A program made the translations under genes and the position numbers. Source: a virus (taxonomy: Duplodnaviria > Caudoviricetes). From it: a DNA stretch of 53,943 nt. The stretch is from the IMG/VR virus record IMGVR_UViG_3300020045_008102, positions 1 through 53,943 of that record; one strand, written 5' to 3'. The notes beneath the pieces are model-generated. The model worked only from the letters and a program-made list of their open reading frames with translations, ran no database searches and was not told the origin of the DNA. Numbering within the stretch: position 1 is the stretch's first letter; each line of letters begins with the position of its first letter. Shown in pieces: positions 10,055-20,149 of this stretch.

Positions 10055-11072
10055 ATTGTTTCTCCCTGAATTTGATAGGACATGGATTAATTGGATTAAA
10101 TCTTGCAAGTTCATTCTTATATTCAAGATAAAGTTCATCCCAATCAACAATCTTCTCTCGTGAATATTCTAAAAGATCCTTTCCAGTTCGATCTGCACAA
10201 TGACCATGATGACATTTAAAGGTCATATAACCATCAGCTAAAATAAATACTGTGGCTCTATCATCAGAAGGATCAGTATGCTCAGCAGCCCATGGACAAC
10301 TAACATCATAATGACTTTCATTCAGAATACTTTTAATTTCAATCTTTTGCCATGCAGGATGTTTTGCTGCATAATGATCCTCAAGAAATTCATAATCACT
10401 TGATTGAGAATATTTTGAAGATTTAATTAAATCAATTTCAAATGCAGCAGCTAAGTCAGTGATAGATATTTTCACTTCTGGCTGCCAGATAATCATATTA
10501 CATTTGAAAATCTTACCATGATTCAGTTTGACTTTACTCTTTTTTGTATTATAACCTTCAGGCAATCGAACATATCTTGTAACTCCAAGCATTCCTGAAT
10601 CAACACCATCAGGACAAATCTTATGCACTAGACCTGTTAGCAAATTTTCTACTGTTGATCGTTCTTTGCAAGGTTCGGTTAAGATATATCCCCATTGCTG
10701 AGAGCCTGGTGAAGTTTCAAGTATCCAACTCGGTGCAGGTTTATCAAGCATAAGATCGATTGAAATTTTTTCTCCAACATCATCTATTACTATGCAGTGA
10801 GTTGATTTAAAAAGTTCTTTCCTTCGACGAGCAAGTTCATCAGCTGTTTCATGAAATAAACTAATTGTAAAGTATTGATTTGCAAACTCTCGAAGTTCTA
10901 TATTTACATAATGATTTCCTAACCATGCTTTTTTACTTTCTTCAGTAAATCCTATTCCTGGATCATGAAAAAAATCTGTCACATGAGACCAGATAAAATC
11001 ATTTCCAAAGATTGCACTTAAGAATTCTTGATTTGAAATGTCCATAGTTAAAAAATGCGTTTGGTTGTTCAC
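10044..11072 (-). CDS. RepB-type (AEP superfamily) DNA primase with C-terminal Zn-binding motif
   Basis: IVIDD, ILETSPGSQQWGY, TRYVRLPEG; CPW..EH...FKCHHGHC. Confidence 0.85.
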   Translation of the reverse strand: MNNQTHFLTMDISNQEFLSAIFGNDFIWSHVTDFFHDPGIGFTEESKKAWLGNHYVNIELREFANQYFTISLFHETADELARRRKELFKSTHCIVIDDVGEKISIDLMLDKPAPSWILETSPGSQQWGYILTEPCKERSTVENLLTGLVHKICPDGVDSGMLGVTRYVRLPEGYNTKKSKVKLNHGKIFKCNMIIWQPEVKISITDLAAAFEIDLIKSSKYSQSSDYEFLEDHYAAKHPAWQKIEIKSILNESHYDVSCPWAAEHTDPSDDRATVFILADGYMTFKCHHGHCADRTGKDLLEYSREKIVDWDELYLEYKNELARFNPINPCPIKFREKQYGR

Positions 11073-11080
11073 TTTTGAAC
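11067..11080. promoter_or_regulatory. GTTCA-N4-TGAAC palindrome, copy 2 (over the primase start codon)
   Basis: GTTCActttTGAAC. Confidence 0.6.
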
Positions 11081-11248
11081 AGAACTTGTTTCGTGTTTTT
11101 CAATTTTATCTATAAGTTTCTTAACACGTTCTTCCATTGCATAAAGTCTTTCAAGCTCGTCAGCTGCTTGTAATCTTGCTTCACGTACAGCATTTTCACT
11201 TACATCATATGGGTTACGTAAATGATGTAACATAACATTTTTATCCAT
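11069..11248 (-). CDS. Small hypothetical protein (59 aa, not in the ORF track)
   Basis: MDKNVMLHHLRNPY...SSVQK*; AAGGA RBS; stop overlaps the primase GTG. Confidence 0.55.
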   Translation of the reverse strand: MDKNVMLHHLRNPYDVSENAVREARLQAADELERLYAMEERVKKLIDKIEKHETSSVQK

Positions 11249-11377
11249 GAAGGTGTCCTTTTTGGTGCGAATCTGTCGTCAGGATGCCCATGACGCAACG
11301 AAAAAGTTTTCCTGGTACGTTCCCATTGGTAAAAAAAATCGTTCCGTCACGGCCATTTAAAAGCCTTTATTAGAAAG

Positions 11378-12013
11378 TTAATCCAAGGTAATAATTTCTA
11401 ACTTAAGCAATTCAAAGAAACATCGTTTCGTTGCTGTAATATCAGCAAAGGCATCATGAGCACCATCAAAGGTTTCTTCAAATAAAATTTGATGCAGTTC
11501 AACAAGCTTTGGCCATTTCGGTCTTCCAGCTTTATTCAACAAGCCACAAAACTTAACAACCGCTTTATCTTGCATAGTACAATAACCTGGCATATCAAGA
11601 TAAAATGCTGATCGAGCTTCATCAGAAAGAGCATCAATATTTCTTTCCATCAAATGCCGAACATATTTAATATCAAAAGCAAGATTATGACAAACCATCA
11701 GATCAGCCTGACGAAGCAATAATCCAAATTGCTCTGCTGCTTCAAGTTCATGAACTCCTTCAGCATCAGCTTTCTCAACTGATATTCCATGCACTTCTTG
11801 TGCAAATGGATTCATTGATCTACCATTTGCTTTGATTATTGTATTCATCTTAGCAAGACATTCATTTTGATTTGCTAAGATAGCACCAATCTGAACTGTC
11901 CATGCTTGATCAGGATGGTCTGCTGAAAGTTCTTTTTTGATAAATCCTGAAGTTTCAGTATCAAAGAAAAGTATTTTAGTATTATCATTAAGTTCAATAG
12001 CTTTAAGTGTCAT
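11378..12013 (-). CDS. DEDDh 3'-5' exonuclease (DnaQ-like)
   Basis: FFDTETSG, VCHNLAFD, AHDAFAD. Confidence 0.92.
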   Translation of the reverse strand: MTLKAIELNDNTKILFFDTETSGFIKKELSADHPDQAWTVQIGAILANQNECLAKMNTIIKANGRSMNPFAQEVHGISVEKADAEGVHELEAAEQFGLLLRQADLMVCHNLAFDIKYVRHLMERNIDALSDEARSAFYLDMPGYCTMQDKAVVKFCGLLNKAGRPKWPKLVELHQILFEETFDGAHDAFADITATKRCFFELLKLEIITLD

Positions 12014-12044
12014 TTAATCAATTTCCTTTTAGTTTAATTTTTTC

Positions 12045-12248
12045 TTAATTACTTTCTATATAATCCCAAGCTTCTGGAGTCTCTTCAAGATTATCAGGAT
12101 TACCTGGATGTGTACAATAACCACATGGTGGATTTAAGTGGCAACTACAACAAGAATCACTCATATCTGCTTCGAATTCCTGCTGAAGTTTTTCACCTAA
12201 ATTATTTAAAACTCTTTGCATACTCATTGAAAATTCTCCTTTTTGCAT
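12045..12248 (-). CDS. Small Cys-rich protein
   Basis: CCSCHLNPPCGYC motif. Confidence 0.55.
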   Translation of the reverse strand: MQKGEFSMSMQRVLNNLGEKLQQEFEADMSDSCCSCHLNPPCGYCTHPGNPDNLEETPEAWDYIESN

Positions 12249-13508
12249 TTAACTCTTTTTTAATAAATTTCTATCCATCAACCTAAAAACCGTATCATCC
12301 AAATAACCAGATCGATCAATTTCTTTTATACTTCTAATCGTAGTATATCGAGATGCTGTTGCAGAATTTTCAGCTTTAATCATTCCTGATTGTTCGGCCA
12401 TTTCAACATATCCACGAAGTTGCGGAATATTATCAACATCAAGATGAAAGGTTCTTGTCAGTTCAGACCAATCAAAGTATTCTCTTGAATCAATAAAACT
12501 AAGAAACTTAGCATAAACATTTGCTTGACTTGATAAGCCCAAACCATAAAAAGCATTTGGCATTTCTTGCTCAGTTACCTGAAGAATAGTTAATGCTTTT
12601 TCAAAATGCTTCTCAGTTATAATCATGCTATTTGATTCAGCTACAGATACTAACATGCAAAGCTTATTAAGATGTAACGGACGCCTGTGATTATATCCTA
12701 AAAATTTATCTGATATAACACCTGAATCATCATAATCTGTTTCATACCAACGAACATATGCAGTTAGAAATTCCTGTGATAAAATAAAAGGCCCAGATAA
12801 ATTTGCTATTTCCTGCAGGTCATTTTCAAGATTATGAATGATTTCTTCTTCTTCTTCAGTTAAAAACTGTAAAGCCGTTCTTTGCTTTGGGCCATTGCCT
12901 ACTACGAAAATAATTCGTGATATTAATCCGCCGCCGACAGCATCTTGACTGAGCTTAGCTTGAAGCAGACTTGGAGTTATCGCGCCGATGATTGTCAACC
13001 AGCAATTAGATAAATCTTCATTCTTTCTTGCAAGAGTTTTATACTTCCAACTATCTGAACAATCAAAAAGGTCAGTTAGTGAGCTTATGAGCATTTGATC
13101 TCTATCAGAAAGAAATACTTGAAACTCTTCTGACCAGATCGAAACACTTTTATGCTTTTTAGTTAATCCTTGAGGATCAACATAACTATCTTCGCTGTCC
13201 ATGATCTCTTTATAAAGTGCTTGTGTTGAACCAAGTGAATCTGCTCCCATAGGAACATTTAGAGTTTGTACAATTGATTTTGCAATTTTCATTGCAGTTC
13301 CTTTCCGACCTCCTGGCGGACCGACTAATGAAACAAATAAATTTGGATAAACATAACCACGAAGAGCTCCCCAATTGCAGTAACATTTTCTACGAAGTGC
13401 TGAACTAAGGGCAGTAAGTCCAGACCAAAGATGATACAATTCTGGAGGTTCTGTGCGTTGCGTGTACTTCATATAATACTCTAGCCAATCCGATAATTGT
13501 CGTGACAT
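12249..13508 (-). CDS. DUF3987-like P-loop ATPase, putative replicative helicase
   Basis: YPNLFVSLVGPPGGRKGT (Walker A), WSEEF (Walker B), GGLISR; lies between polA and the primase. Confidence 0.75.
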   Translation of the reverse strand: MSRQLSDWLEYYMKYTQRTEPPELYHLWSGLTALSSALRRKCYCNWGALRGYVYPNLFVSLVGPPGGRKGTAMKIAKSIVQTLNVPMGADSLGSTQALYKEIMDSEDSYVDPQGLTKKHKSVSIWSEEFQVFLSDRDQMLISSLTDLFDCSDSWKYKTLARKNEDLSNCWLTIIGAITPSLLQAKLSQDAVGGGLISRIIFVVGNGPKQRTALQFLTEEEEEIIHNLENDLQEIANLSGPFILSQEFLTAYVRWYETDYDDSGVISDKFLGYNHRRPLHLNKLCMLVSVAESNSMIITEKHFEKALTILQVTEQEMPNAFYGLGLSSQANVYAKFLSFIDSREYFDWSELTRTFHLDVDNIPQLRGYVEMAEQSGMIKAENSATASRYTTIRSIKEIDRSGYLDDTVFRLMDRNLLKKS

Positions 13509-13511
13509 TGA

Positions 13512-13721
13512 TTAACCTTTAGGTTTAAAAAATTGCTTAGGACAAGTTGTTGCACACCAGGAATCAGGATCCATTTTTTGACTGTGCATTACTCCACAAT
13601 GTTGTGATTCAGAATACCAATGACAATTTTTACATTGCACAGTTAAGCCTTCAATAAATTCAGGCATATCTTTTGTACCTTCCCCAATTTCAATAGTGAT
13701 ATTAAATTCTTTATCAAACAT
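13512..13721 (-). CDS. Small Cys-rich protein
   Basis: CKNCHW...C...WC. Confidence 0.55.
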   Translation of the reverse strand: MFDKEFNITIEIGEGTKDMPEFIEGLTVQCKNCHWYSESQHCGVMHSQKMDPDSWCATTCPKQFFKPKG

Positions 13722-13725
13722 AATT

Positions 13726-16248
13726 TTAAAATCCTATTTTTTTAATTGCTTTATCAACTTGTTCTTGAGTAAACTGATCTATTCCTGCTGTGTTACCTGC
13801 CCACTGAGTGCCAATCTTGGCGTCTAAACCTATTGTAAAACTCTTACCTTTATAAGTAAAGGTATGTGTCATGTGTTCTTTGATGATTAAAAGAATTTGC
13901 AGCAAATTTGGTATTTGACTTTTATGAAACATAAAAACATCTGAATCGTGAACAGTAGTTAAAAGCCTAATATCAAAACCCTCTTTACCTAATCTAGGAT
14001 CATTAGCTATTTTAATTGTACCACGATTGAGAAGTTCTGCTACAGTAGATTGTGGCTTATAGCTGTAAGCGTTTCTAAATAATGCTGGATTCATTTCACC
14101 TAAAAATTTCTTAGGTCTACCAAAAAGATTAAACAAAGTTCTTGTTGCCTGAACCTCTTCTTCAATGGAACGATGCCAACGCTTTAATCCAGGAAATCTA
14201 TCAGTATAATTTGTAAGAAGTTTCTTGCATTCTGATTGACTCATAAATATTTCTTCTTTAGCAAGATTATCAGAGAATGTTTGTGGGCCCATACTGTAGT
14301 TGCTAGCATGAACTACCTTCTTCCCCATATACCGCATGGTTGATTTTTGATCTTCTTTATTTGCATGATGCTCTGCAATAACATCTTCAATAGGTACATG
14401 AAAAATTTTACTTGCATTGAAGCTATGCACATCAATTCCACTGACAAATGATTCTATCATATTTGCATCTTGTGCAAGATAAGCAACTACATGCGCTTCA
14501 GCCTTTGCTAAATCAACCTCACATAAAATCCAATCAGGATCAGCAACCAAAAAGTATTTAAAAACATACGGTTGATTCTGAAGATTTGTTCCAGTTCCAA
14601 AATAAGTTCCTTCAGTAGCAATTCTGCCTGAACTTGTTCCAGAAATTTTATGATTGCATCGAAGTCTTTTATCTTCATCAACTGATACATTAAAATAAGT
14701 AGAAACAAGTTTAGAGTACTTACGAATTTTGATAATGATCTTTGCTTCAGTAGAACCTTTACCGCCATTCTTTGCAATTCTATGTAAGGCAACTGAATCA
14801 CATGAAGCATTACCAGATTCACGATTAATGTAAGGTTTAATCATGCAAATACCATAAAAATATGCAATCATTTGTTTTGCTGATGCAGGATTTATTTCTT
14901 GTCCAGCAGTTTCATTCAGCTGTTTTTGTAGCGAAATTATTTTCTCTTCATACTCTACTTTAGTTTTCTCAATACCATCAGTATCAGTTAATATACCATT
15001 AAATTCCATTTCCATTAATGGTTTATGTAAATTCATTGTATATTCTAAAGCATCAGAAGCATCAAATTCTTCAAGCTCCTTGATCAAAGCTTCTGAAATA
15101 GGAAGTAAATAAGCTGAATCTTTTGCATTATAATTCCAATAGCTTGCCCAATCTTTGATGACTTTCAAATGTGATTGCTTACCATCATCCTTATAATATG
15201 GATAATAAGTATAACAGGATGTTAAATAATCTAAACCTTTGGGCAAATCAGTATAACAAATATGCTGCGCAAGCATCGTATCAAAATAAAAATTTTCAGT
15301 TTTAATATTCATCGTTCTAAGAATGAACATTATATCAAACATTCCATTTTGAAGAATCTTTTTAATGTTTTCATCAGCTAATATTTTTGCACAACCAATC
15401 CAAATCTTTACTTCTTCTTCAGGAGACCAGTAACTTCCTTGATTATTCATCAGAGGAATACACATACTTTTGATTTTACCTTCATCATAAATAGCAAAGG
15501 AAAAGCATGTAATAAATTTTGGAGTTGCTTCTATATCAAAGCCAACGAACTCTTTGGATTGAACAAGAGCATAAAACTGCATGACTTTTTCAAATCCGGG
15601 CTTGATAATTATTTCTGTATTATCAGTCAGCAAACTTGGATCTTCAATGAGTTTCAGAGCCTTAGTAAAGTCTGCAATCATTGTATAAAAGTGTACAGGT
15701 TTACCAGTAAAAGTGGTAAATGATGGATGGAAAGAAAAACCTATAATCTTGCCTGCAAGTTTCTCTTTAAGGTGAGGAAATTCTTCAGCGTGATAAAATG
15801 ATCCACGAAACTTTTGAATAGAATCAAATCGTGGCTCATCAATCAAAAGTCTCATAGCAGTATCTCCAAGAAGCATGATAACTTTTCCTGGAAATTCGGC
15901 AAGTTCATCAATCAAAGCTCGTTGTAGTTCACCCCATTTAGGATGACGCCAACCTTTATCAGTCCAAAGCTTGCTGACATTATTTTTAGGCAACTTTGCC
16001 TTACAAGCATTAGTTAAATAGATTTGATACCTAGCCAGTCTAACAGCAGCACATATACGATTAAACTGTGCTCCATTCGGCCCTAAGAAAGGCTCAGCCT
16101 TAAGTACTTCAATATCATTCGGGGCATCTCCAACCATAGCAATGATAGCTGTATTAATATTATTAGTTGGAGGACATTCTACTGCAAGAATATCAAGAGA
16201 ATTATTCTTTTGATCTTGTTCGCTAGTAGGATCTTTTGGAATTTTCAT
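13726..16248 (-). CDS. polA: Family A DNA polymerase with N-terminal uracil-DNA-glycosylase-like domain and 3'-5' exonuclease
   Basis: UDG: VGDAP..PFLGPNG..YLTNACK..FHPS. Exo: FDIE, QNGMFD, YNAKD. Pol: DLAKAE, RYMGKKVVHASNY, VHDS. Confidence 0.93.
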   Translation of the reverse strand: MKIPKDPTSEQDQKNNSLDILAVECPPTNNINTAIIAMVGDAPNDIEVLKAEPFLGPNGAQFNRICAAVRLARYQIYLTNACKAKLPKNNVSKLWTDKGWRHPKWGELQRALIDELAEFPGKVIMLLGDTAMRLLIDEPRFDSIQKFRGSFYHAEEFPHLKEKLAGKIIGFSFHPSFTTFTGKPVHFYTMIADFTKALKLIEDPSLLTDNTEIIIKPGFEKVMQFYALVQSKEFVGFDIEATPKFITCFSFAIYDEGKIKSMCIPLMNNQGSYWSPEEEVKIWIGCAKILADENIKKILQNGMFDIMFILRTMNIKTENFYFDTMLAQHICYTDLPKGLDYLTSCYTYYPYYKDDGKQSHLKVIKDWASYWNYNAKDSAYLLPISEALIKELEEFDASDALEYTMNLHKPLMEMEFNGILTDTDGIEKTKVEYEEKIISLQKQLNETAGQEINPASAKQMIAYFYGICMIKPYINRESGNASCDSVALHRIAKNGGKGSTEAKIIIKIRKYSKLVSTYFNVSVDEDKRLRCNHKISGTSSGRIATEGTYFGTGTNLQNQPYVFKYFLVADPDWILCEVDLAKAEAHVVAYLAQDANMIESFVSGIDVHSFNASKIFHVPIEDVIAEHHANKEDQKSTMRYMGKKVVHASNYSMGPQTFSDNLAKEEIFMSQSECKKLLTNYTDRFPGLKRWHRSIEEEVQATRTLFNLFGRPKKFLGEMNPALFRNAYSYKPQSTVAELLNRGTIKIANDPRLGKEGFDIRLLTTVHDSDVFMFHKSQIPNLLQILLIIKEHMTHTFTYKGKSFTIGLDAKIGTQWAGNTAGIDQFTQEQVDKAIKKIGF

Positions 16249-16250
16249 TA

Positions 16251-16520
16251 TTATAACCTATCCTTTTTAAGTTGTCCTGGATTTGGAGCTTTAATTTCAT
16301 GCTTACAATCCAAGCAAAGGTAACTCTTTACCCTAATAATATTTGAAGTCAGAATACCTACGGCAAAGTTATAATTAGGTTCTGCCTTGTATCCGTTCGG
16401 ATAACTTTTAGTAGCAAAGCCAATTTCTAAAGGTACAATGTTTTTGTGCATACAACAATAAGTTCCTTTATCAGGAGGCTTTTCCTCAGTCATTATTTTT
16501 CCTGGTTCATACTTTGACAT
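16251..16520 (-). CDS. Small Zn-binding hypothetical protein
   Basis: CxH...CLDC; GGAGG RBS. Confidence 0.6.
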   Translation of the reverse strand: MSKYEPGKIMTEEKPPDKGTYCCMHKNIVPLEIGFATKSYPNGYKAEPNYNFAVGILTSNIIRVKSYLCLDCKHEIKAPNPGQLKKDRL

Positions 16521-16684
16521 ATTACTTACCTCCTTTATTAATGTTCAGCAAAAGACATCGTATAACCAGCACCATCTCCACACATCATCACAGTTGCCCA
16601 ACCATAAAGAGAAAATATAACATAAAATTCTCCATCATTGTATGAATAACAAAAGTCATTGATAGATGTTTCTGCAAGCATATC

Positions 16685-18142
16685 TTAAAGTCCACTTATG
16701 TCTGCTGAAATTCCAGTGTATTGTTCTAATCGCTGATAAAATTCTGGAATATATTTCTGACTTTTATCACAGCCAATTGGCATCATCCTTGCTTTAGCAG
16801 CAGAAATAAGACAATTCCCTGAACCTGCAAAAGGAGCTAAAAAGATAGTTCCCGGTTGAGCTAATGCCTTAAGAAAATGATCGTAAAGTTTTACAGGCTT
16901 TTCCCATTGATGAATACGATTAGCAGCATTACCAGAATCAATACTTATAGCACTTGGCAGACTTGGTGTATTAAACTGTGCATTTCCTTTCCTGAATAAT
17001 AAGTACATTTCCCAATTACTAACTAATCCACGTTTTGGCTGATTAGTACTTCCACCAGATTTCATCCAAGCACCAGGTTGCTGAACTTGAAAGCCAATAC
17101 TTTCAGCAATCTTATTAATTTCAGTATAATGTTCTTTACCAGTCCAGCAAAGTACCCAACTTGCATCAAGCATTTTGTTATAGATCAAGGGCAAGTAATT
17201 AAAATAAAAGTTATACAATTCTTTCTCATCCCAATCAACAGCTTTGCTTGATATTCCATTCGTTTTGCCATAATTCTCATTAAAGCCAATTGCATAAGGT
17301 GGATCAAGTTCAACCAAGCCAACAGAGTTATCAGGAATCTTATCCAAGAAAGTCTTGTAGTTTTCAGCGACATAAATAACACTGATGTTTTGAATGGTTT
17401 CTTTATCTTTTTCAGAAACCAGATCATCATTCAACTCATCTAAACCATCATCTGAAACAGTCATAGATGAAAGATCTTCTGATGAAGAATCTGAAGAAAC
17501 TTTAACTGCTGGCTTTTGTGCTTTAGGTTTCTTAGGTACTTGAAAATTACCTGACTGAAGTTCTTGCAATCGTTCCTTTTCAACATCAGTAAAACTATCC
17601 ATCCGCTGAATTGCAATTGCTTGATTACCAAATGCTTTATAAAGTTCTCTTGCACGACCTTTAGTTGTTTGTTCTTTCAGCTCAGGGAAGATTTTCAGTG
17701 CTTCAGCAAAAGCCAAATCAGTTGATAAACCACCTAGACTACAATAAAGCCTCTTCGCAGTCTCGCGATATCCCCAAGTTTTTCCATCTTTCTCTGCAAA
17801 GTCTTTCCAATAGTTATGCAACTTATACTTTAGTTCTATTTCTTCATGCCAAGCAAATTCTTTCCGATCCATATTGGAAAGCATTTCAATCAACACATGA
17901 TCATCTTGAGTAATACCGAAGACTACCCGTGCTTCAATAGTAGCAATTTCAAGACTTTCAATAGCTTTAATTCTGTGCAATCCATCAATGAGAACATTAT
18001 TTTCATCAATCAAGATTGGTGTTAGCTGTCCAACCATTTTGATCGAGTTAGCAAGGGAAGAAATATCACCTATTACATTTCTTGCACGATCTTTAATGAT
18101 AATATCAGTTATTTGTTTTTCTTCTACCTGAAAAAGATGCAT
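16685..18142 (-). CDS. ParB/Srx N-terminal domain fused to an N6/N4 DNA methyltransferase
   Basis: SIKMVGQLTPI..LIDGLHR (ParB), central HTH, DPPY, HQWEKP, PFAGSG. Confidence 0.88.
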   Translation of the reverse strand: MHLFQVEEKQITDIIIKDRARNVIGDISSLANSIKMVGQLTPILIDENNVLIDGLHRIKAIESLEIATIEARVVFGITQDDHVLIEMLSNMDRKEFAWHEEIELKYKLHNYWKDFAEKDGKTWGYRETAKRLYCSLGGLSTDLAFAEALKIFPELKEQTTKGRARELYKAFGNQAIAIQRMDSFTDVEKERLQELQSGNFQVPKKPKAQKPAVKVSSDSSSEDLSSMTVSDDGLDELNDDLVSEKDKETIQNISVIYVAENYKTFLDKIPDNSVGLVELDPPYAIGFNENYGKTNGISSKAVDWDEKELYNFYFNYLPLIYNKMLDASWVLCWTGKEHYTEINKIAESIGFQVQQPGAWMKSGGSTNQPKRGLVSNWEMYLLFRKGNAQFNTPSLPSAISIDSGNAANRIHQWEKPVKLYDHFLKALAQPGTIFLAPFAGSGNCLISAAKARMMPIGCDKSQKYIPEFYQRLEQYTGISADISGL

Positions 18143-18162
18143 ATTTTATCCTTATTAAAAAT

Positions 18163-18927
18163 TTAATTATTATTAATTACTAAGTGGTTATTATAAGCAG
18201 TTAGTAATGTAGCCTTTACATCTTCTGAATTATTTCCTAATCTTTGAGGACAAAAGGAACTTGTATTATTAGGAAAAAGCCATAAAGCCTTTAGTGTTAT
18301 ACAAATTTTCTTGCAGTTCCAACATCCTTTTCCTCTATTCTCCTGTATCCCTGTAAATCTGCCACTAACCGGAAAAAAATCATTTAATATAGCCATCATT
18401 TGTGGATATATATTACTTTTGAAATATTCAGTTGAATAGTATTCAACAAATACTTTTATTTTCATTCCACCATCATAAAATGGTTTAATGAAATTTATAT
18501 TATCTATAACAGAATACAATTCACTTAAAACAAATATAGCTGTTTGTCCTGGAATGATTTTATTCCTTAGTCCATGCCCCATATGGTATCTTACATCAAC
18601 ACCATCAAGGTCGCAGATTACATCATCTACCAATCCATTAGTATTTACCTGAATCTTAGCACCACTATTTTTGGCCTCTTCCAGAATCAATCCGAATTCT
18701 GGATGTAATCCTGGTTCACCACCACTCAAACTTATTATTGGATACACCTTTTTGCTTTTGCATAGTTGTACATACTCGTAAACGTATTTCTTTACAAATA
18801 TAGGGGATATGAAATCAATCCCTTTACTTTGAAACTCATTTAAACAAGTAAAACATTTCTTATCACATTTATTGGTTAGCAATATTCGAAGTCTAAATTC
18901 GTTTGCATGCTTTTGTTTATCAATCAT
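18163..18927 (-). CDS. Radical SAM protein
   Basis: CDKKCFTC (CxxxCxxC), SGGEP, NTNG, C-terminal Cys cluster. Confidence 0.88.
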   Translation of the reverse strand: MIDKQKHANEFRLRILLTNKCDKKCFTCLNEFQSKGIDFISPIFVKKYVYEYVQLCKSKKVYPIISLSGGEPGLHPEFGLILEEAKNSGAKIQVNTNGLVDDVICDLDGVDVRYHMGHGLRNKIIPGQTAIFVLSELYSVIDNINFIKPFYDGGMKIKVFVEYYSTEYFKSNIYPQMMAILNDFFPVSGRFTGIQENRGKGCWNCKKICITLKALWLFPNNTSSFCPQRLGNNSEDVKATLLTAYNNHLVINNN

Positions 18928-18949
18928 TTACATTATCCTCAACAATTTT

Positions 18950-19225
18950 TTAATTACTTGCAAATTGTTTTTTGATTAGTTCAATTTGTGCTGGAGTTAA
19001 TTTTGCTAAAGCAGCATTAGCTGTTTTAGTTATATCTTTTGGTGCTCTTGGCTTTCCTGACTTTGCAGATACTTTTTTCATTCCTGCTGTAGATATACTT
19101 TTAGAACTAACCAAAGCTTCATTAAGTGCAGAACTTCGAATTGTCCTAATTCTTTCAACTAAACCTAATTGCTCAGGATATGACATTTCAAGAAATGATC
19201 TGACATAGATTCTATCCATTAACAT
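18950..19225 (-). CDS. Hypothetical basic protein
   Basis: GGAG RBS; C-terminal LAKLTPAQ helix motif. Confidence 0.65.
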   Translation of the reverse strand: MLMDRIYVRSFLEMSYPEQLGLVERIRTIRSSALNEALVSSKSISTAGMKKVSAKSGKPRAPKDITKTANAALAKLTPAQIELIKKQFASN

Positions 19226-19380
19226 AATTTACTCTCCTTTTTCTTTGCAGGTTTCCTTAATATTCTAAAAAATCTAACAAAGAAAACAGATCGACAATCC
19301 ATACATCTAGGTACACCTTTCTCAATTTTTAAATTGTTAGATGCACAATAAGGACAGAATTTAATTTCTGGTTCTTTCAT
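19219..19380 (-). CDS. Small Zn-ribbon protein (53 aa, not in the ORF track)
   Basis: MKEPEIKFCPYC...CMDC; AAGGA RBS. Confidence 0.6.
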   Translation of the reverse strand: MKEPEIKFCPYCASNNLKIEKGVPRCMDCRSVFFVRFFRILRKPAKKKESKLC

Positions 19381-19418
19381 AACTTTATCCTTTTATAGTT
19401 AAGAATTTTAAATACTAA

Positions 19419-19940
19419 TTACCAAAAACAACTAATATCTCTTGATATATTTTTATCTCTTTCTTGAAATGTTTTATTTAATATATCTCCAGTATGTGTA
19501 TCTTTACTTTTTATTGATTCTTGCAATCGTTCTTTTAATCTTTTTAATGGTCTATCATCAAGTTCAGGGAAGTTAATCTCAGTATTATAAAGATTAATCA
19601 AACAAAATATTGCTGCACCAAGATGATGTTTATCAATACCAGATTTTTCTTTTGCTTCAGGATCATTAGTTTCTAAATTGAAAAACCATGCAGTGAGGTG
19701 TCTCATAAGAGCATCATACATTACAGTAGAATTAAATCCTAACCGCCATGATTCTCTTTGATATTTTATGATACCTTCTCGATAAGCTGGTTCCAGCATA
19801 GGAATAATAATATCAAGCGGAATCAGGCTAACTTGAGCCTTATTTTCAATATTATTATTTTTAGGTGCTGTAGTAATCTGACCTAAAATATCTATTTTTA
19901 ATTCTGAATCAGTATCTAATGCAATTTTATGCATAATCAA
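19419..19940 (-). CDS. DUF5664 / dATP-dGTP diphosphohydrolase-like protein
   Basis: K...SLIP...G..KY...SW..G...YDALMRHL.AW...D.E....HHL. Confidence 0.8.
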   Translation of the reverse strand: MIMHKIALDTDSELKIDILGQITTAPKNNNIENKAQVSLIPLDIIIPMLEPAYREGIIKYQRESWRLGFNSTVMYDALMRHLTAWFFNLETNDPEAKEKSGIDKHHLGAAIFCLINLYNTEINFPELDDRPLKRLKERLQESIKSKDTHTGDILNKTFQERDKNISRDISCFW

Positions 19941-20149
19941 TCCTTATCAATAGCAGGCAAAGTTAATTGCTTTCCTTTATAGAGATAATCAGTGACTTCG
20001 TTAAAGCGATCTTCTTTAATGATTTCTTTCAGTGATCTAAAAACATTTCTAAAAAATAATGTTTGTTGACCATGATAAAAATTATCTTGTATCATAGTAT
20101 AAAGATCTTCTTCAATTCTTGCTGTTACTTTACAATCCTTCTCACTCAT
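19937..20149 (-). CDS. Small putative ribbon-helix-helix DNA-binding protein
   Basis: KVTARIEEDLY beta-alpha pattern. Confidence 0.5.
   Translation of the reverse strand: MSEKDCKVTARIEEDLYTMIQDNFYHGQQTLFFRNVFRSLKEIIKEDRFNEVTDYLYKGKQLTLPAIDKD

Noticed and set aside
18163-18927. QueE and a 7-deazaguanine modification pathway
   Set aside because: No queC, queD, folE or dpdA in the window; only generic radical SAM motifs
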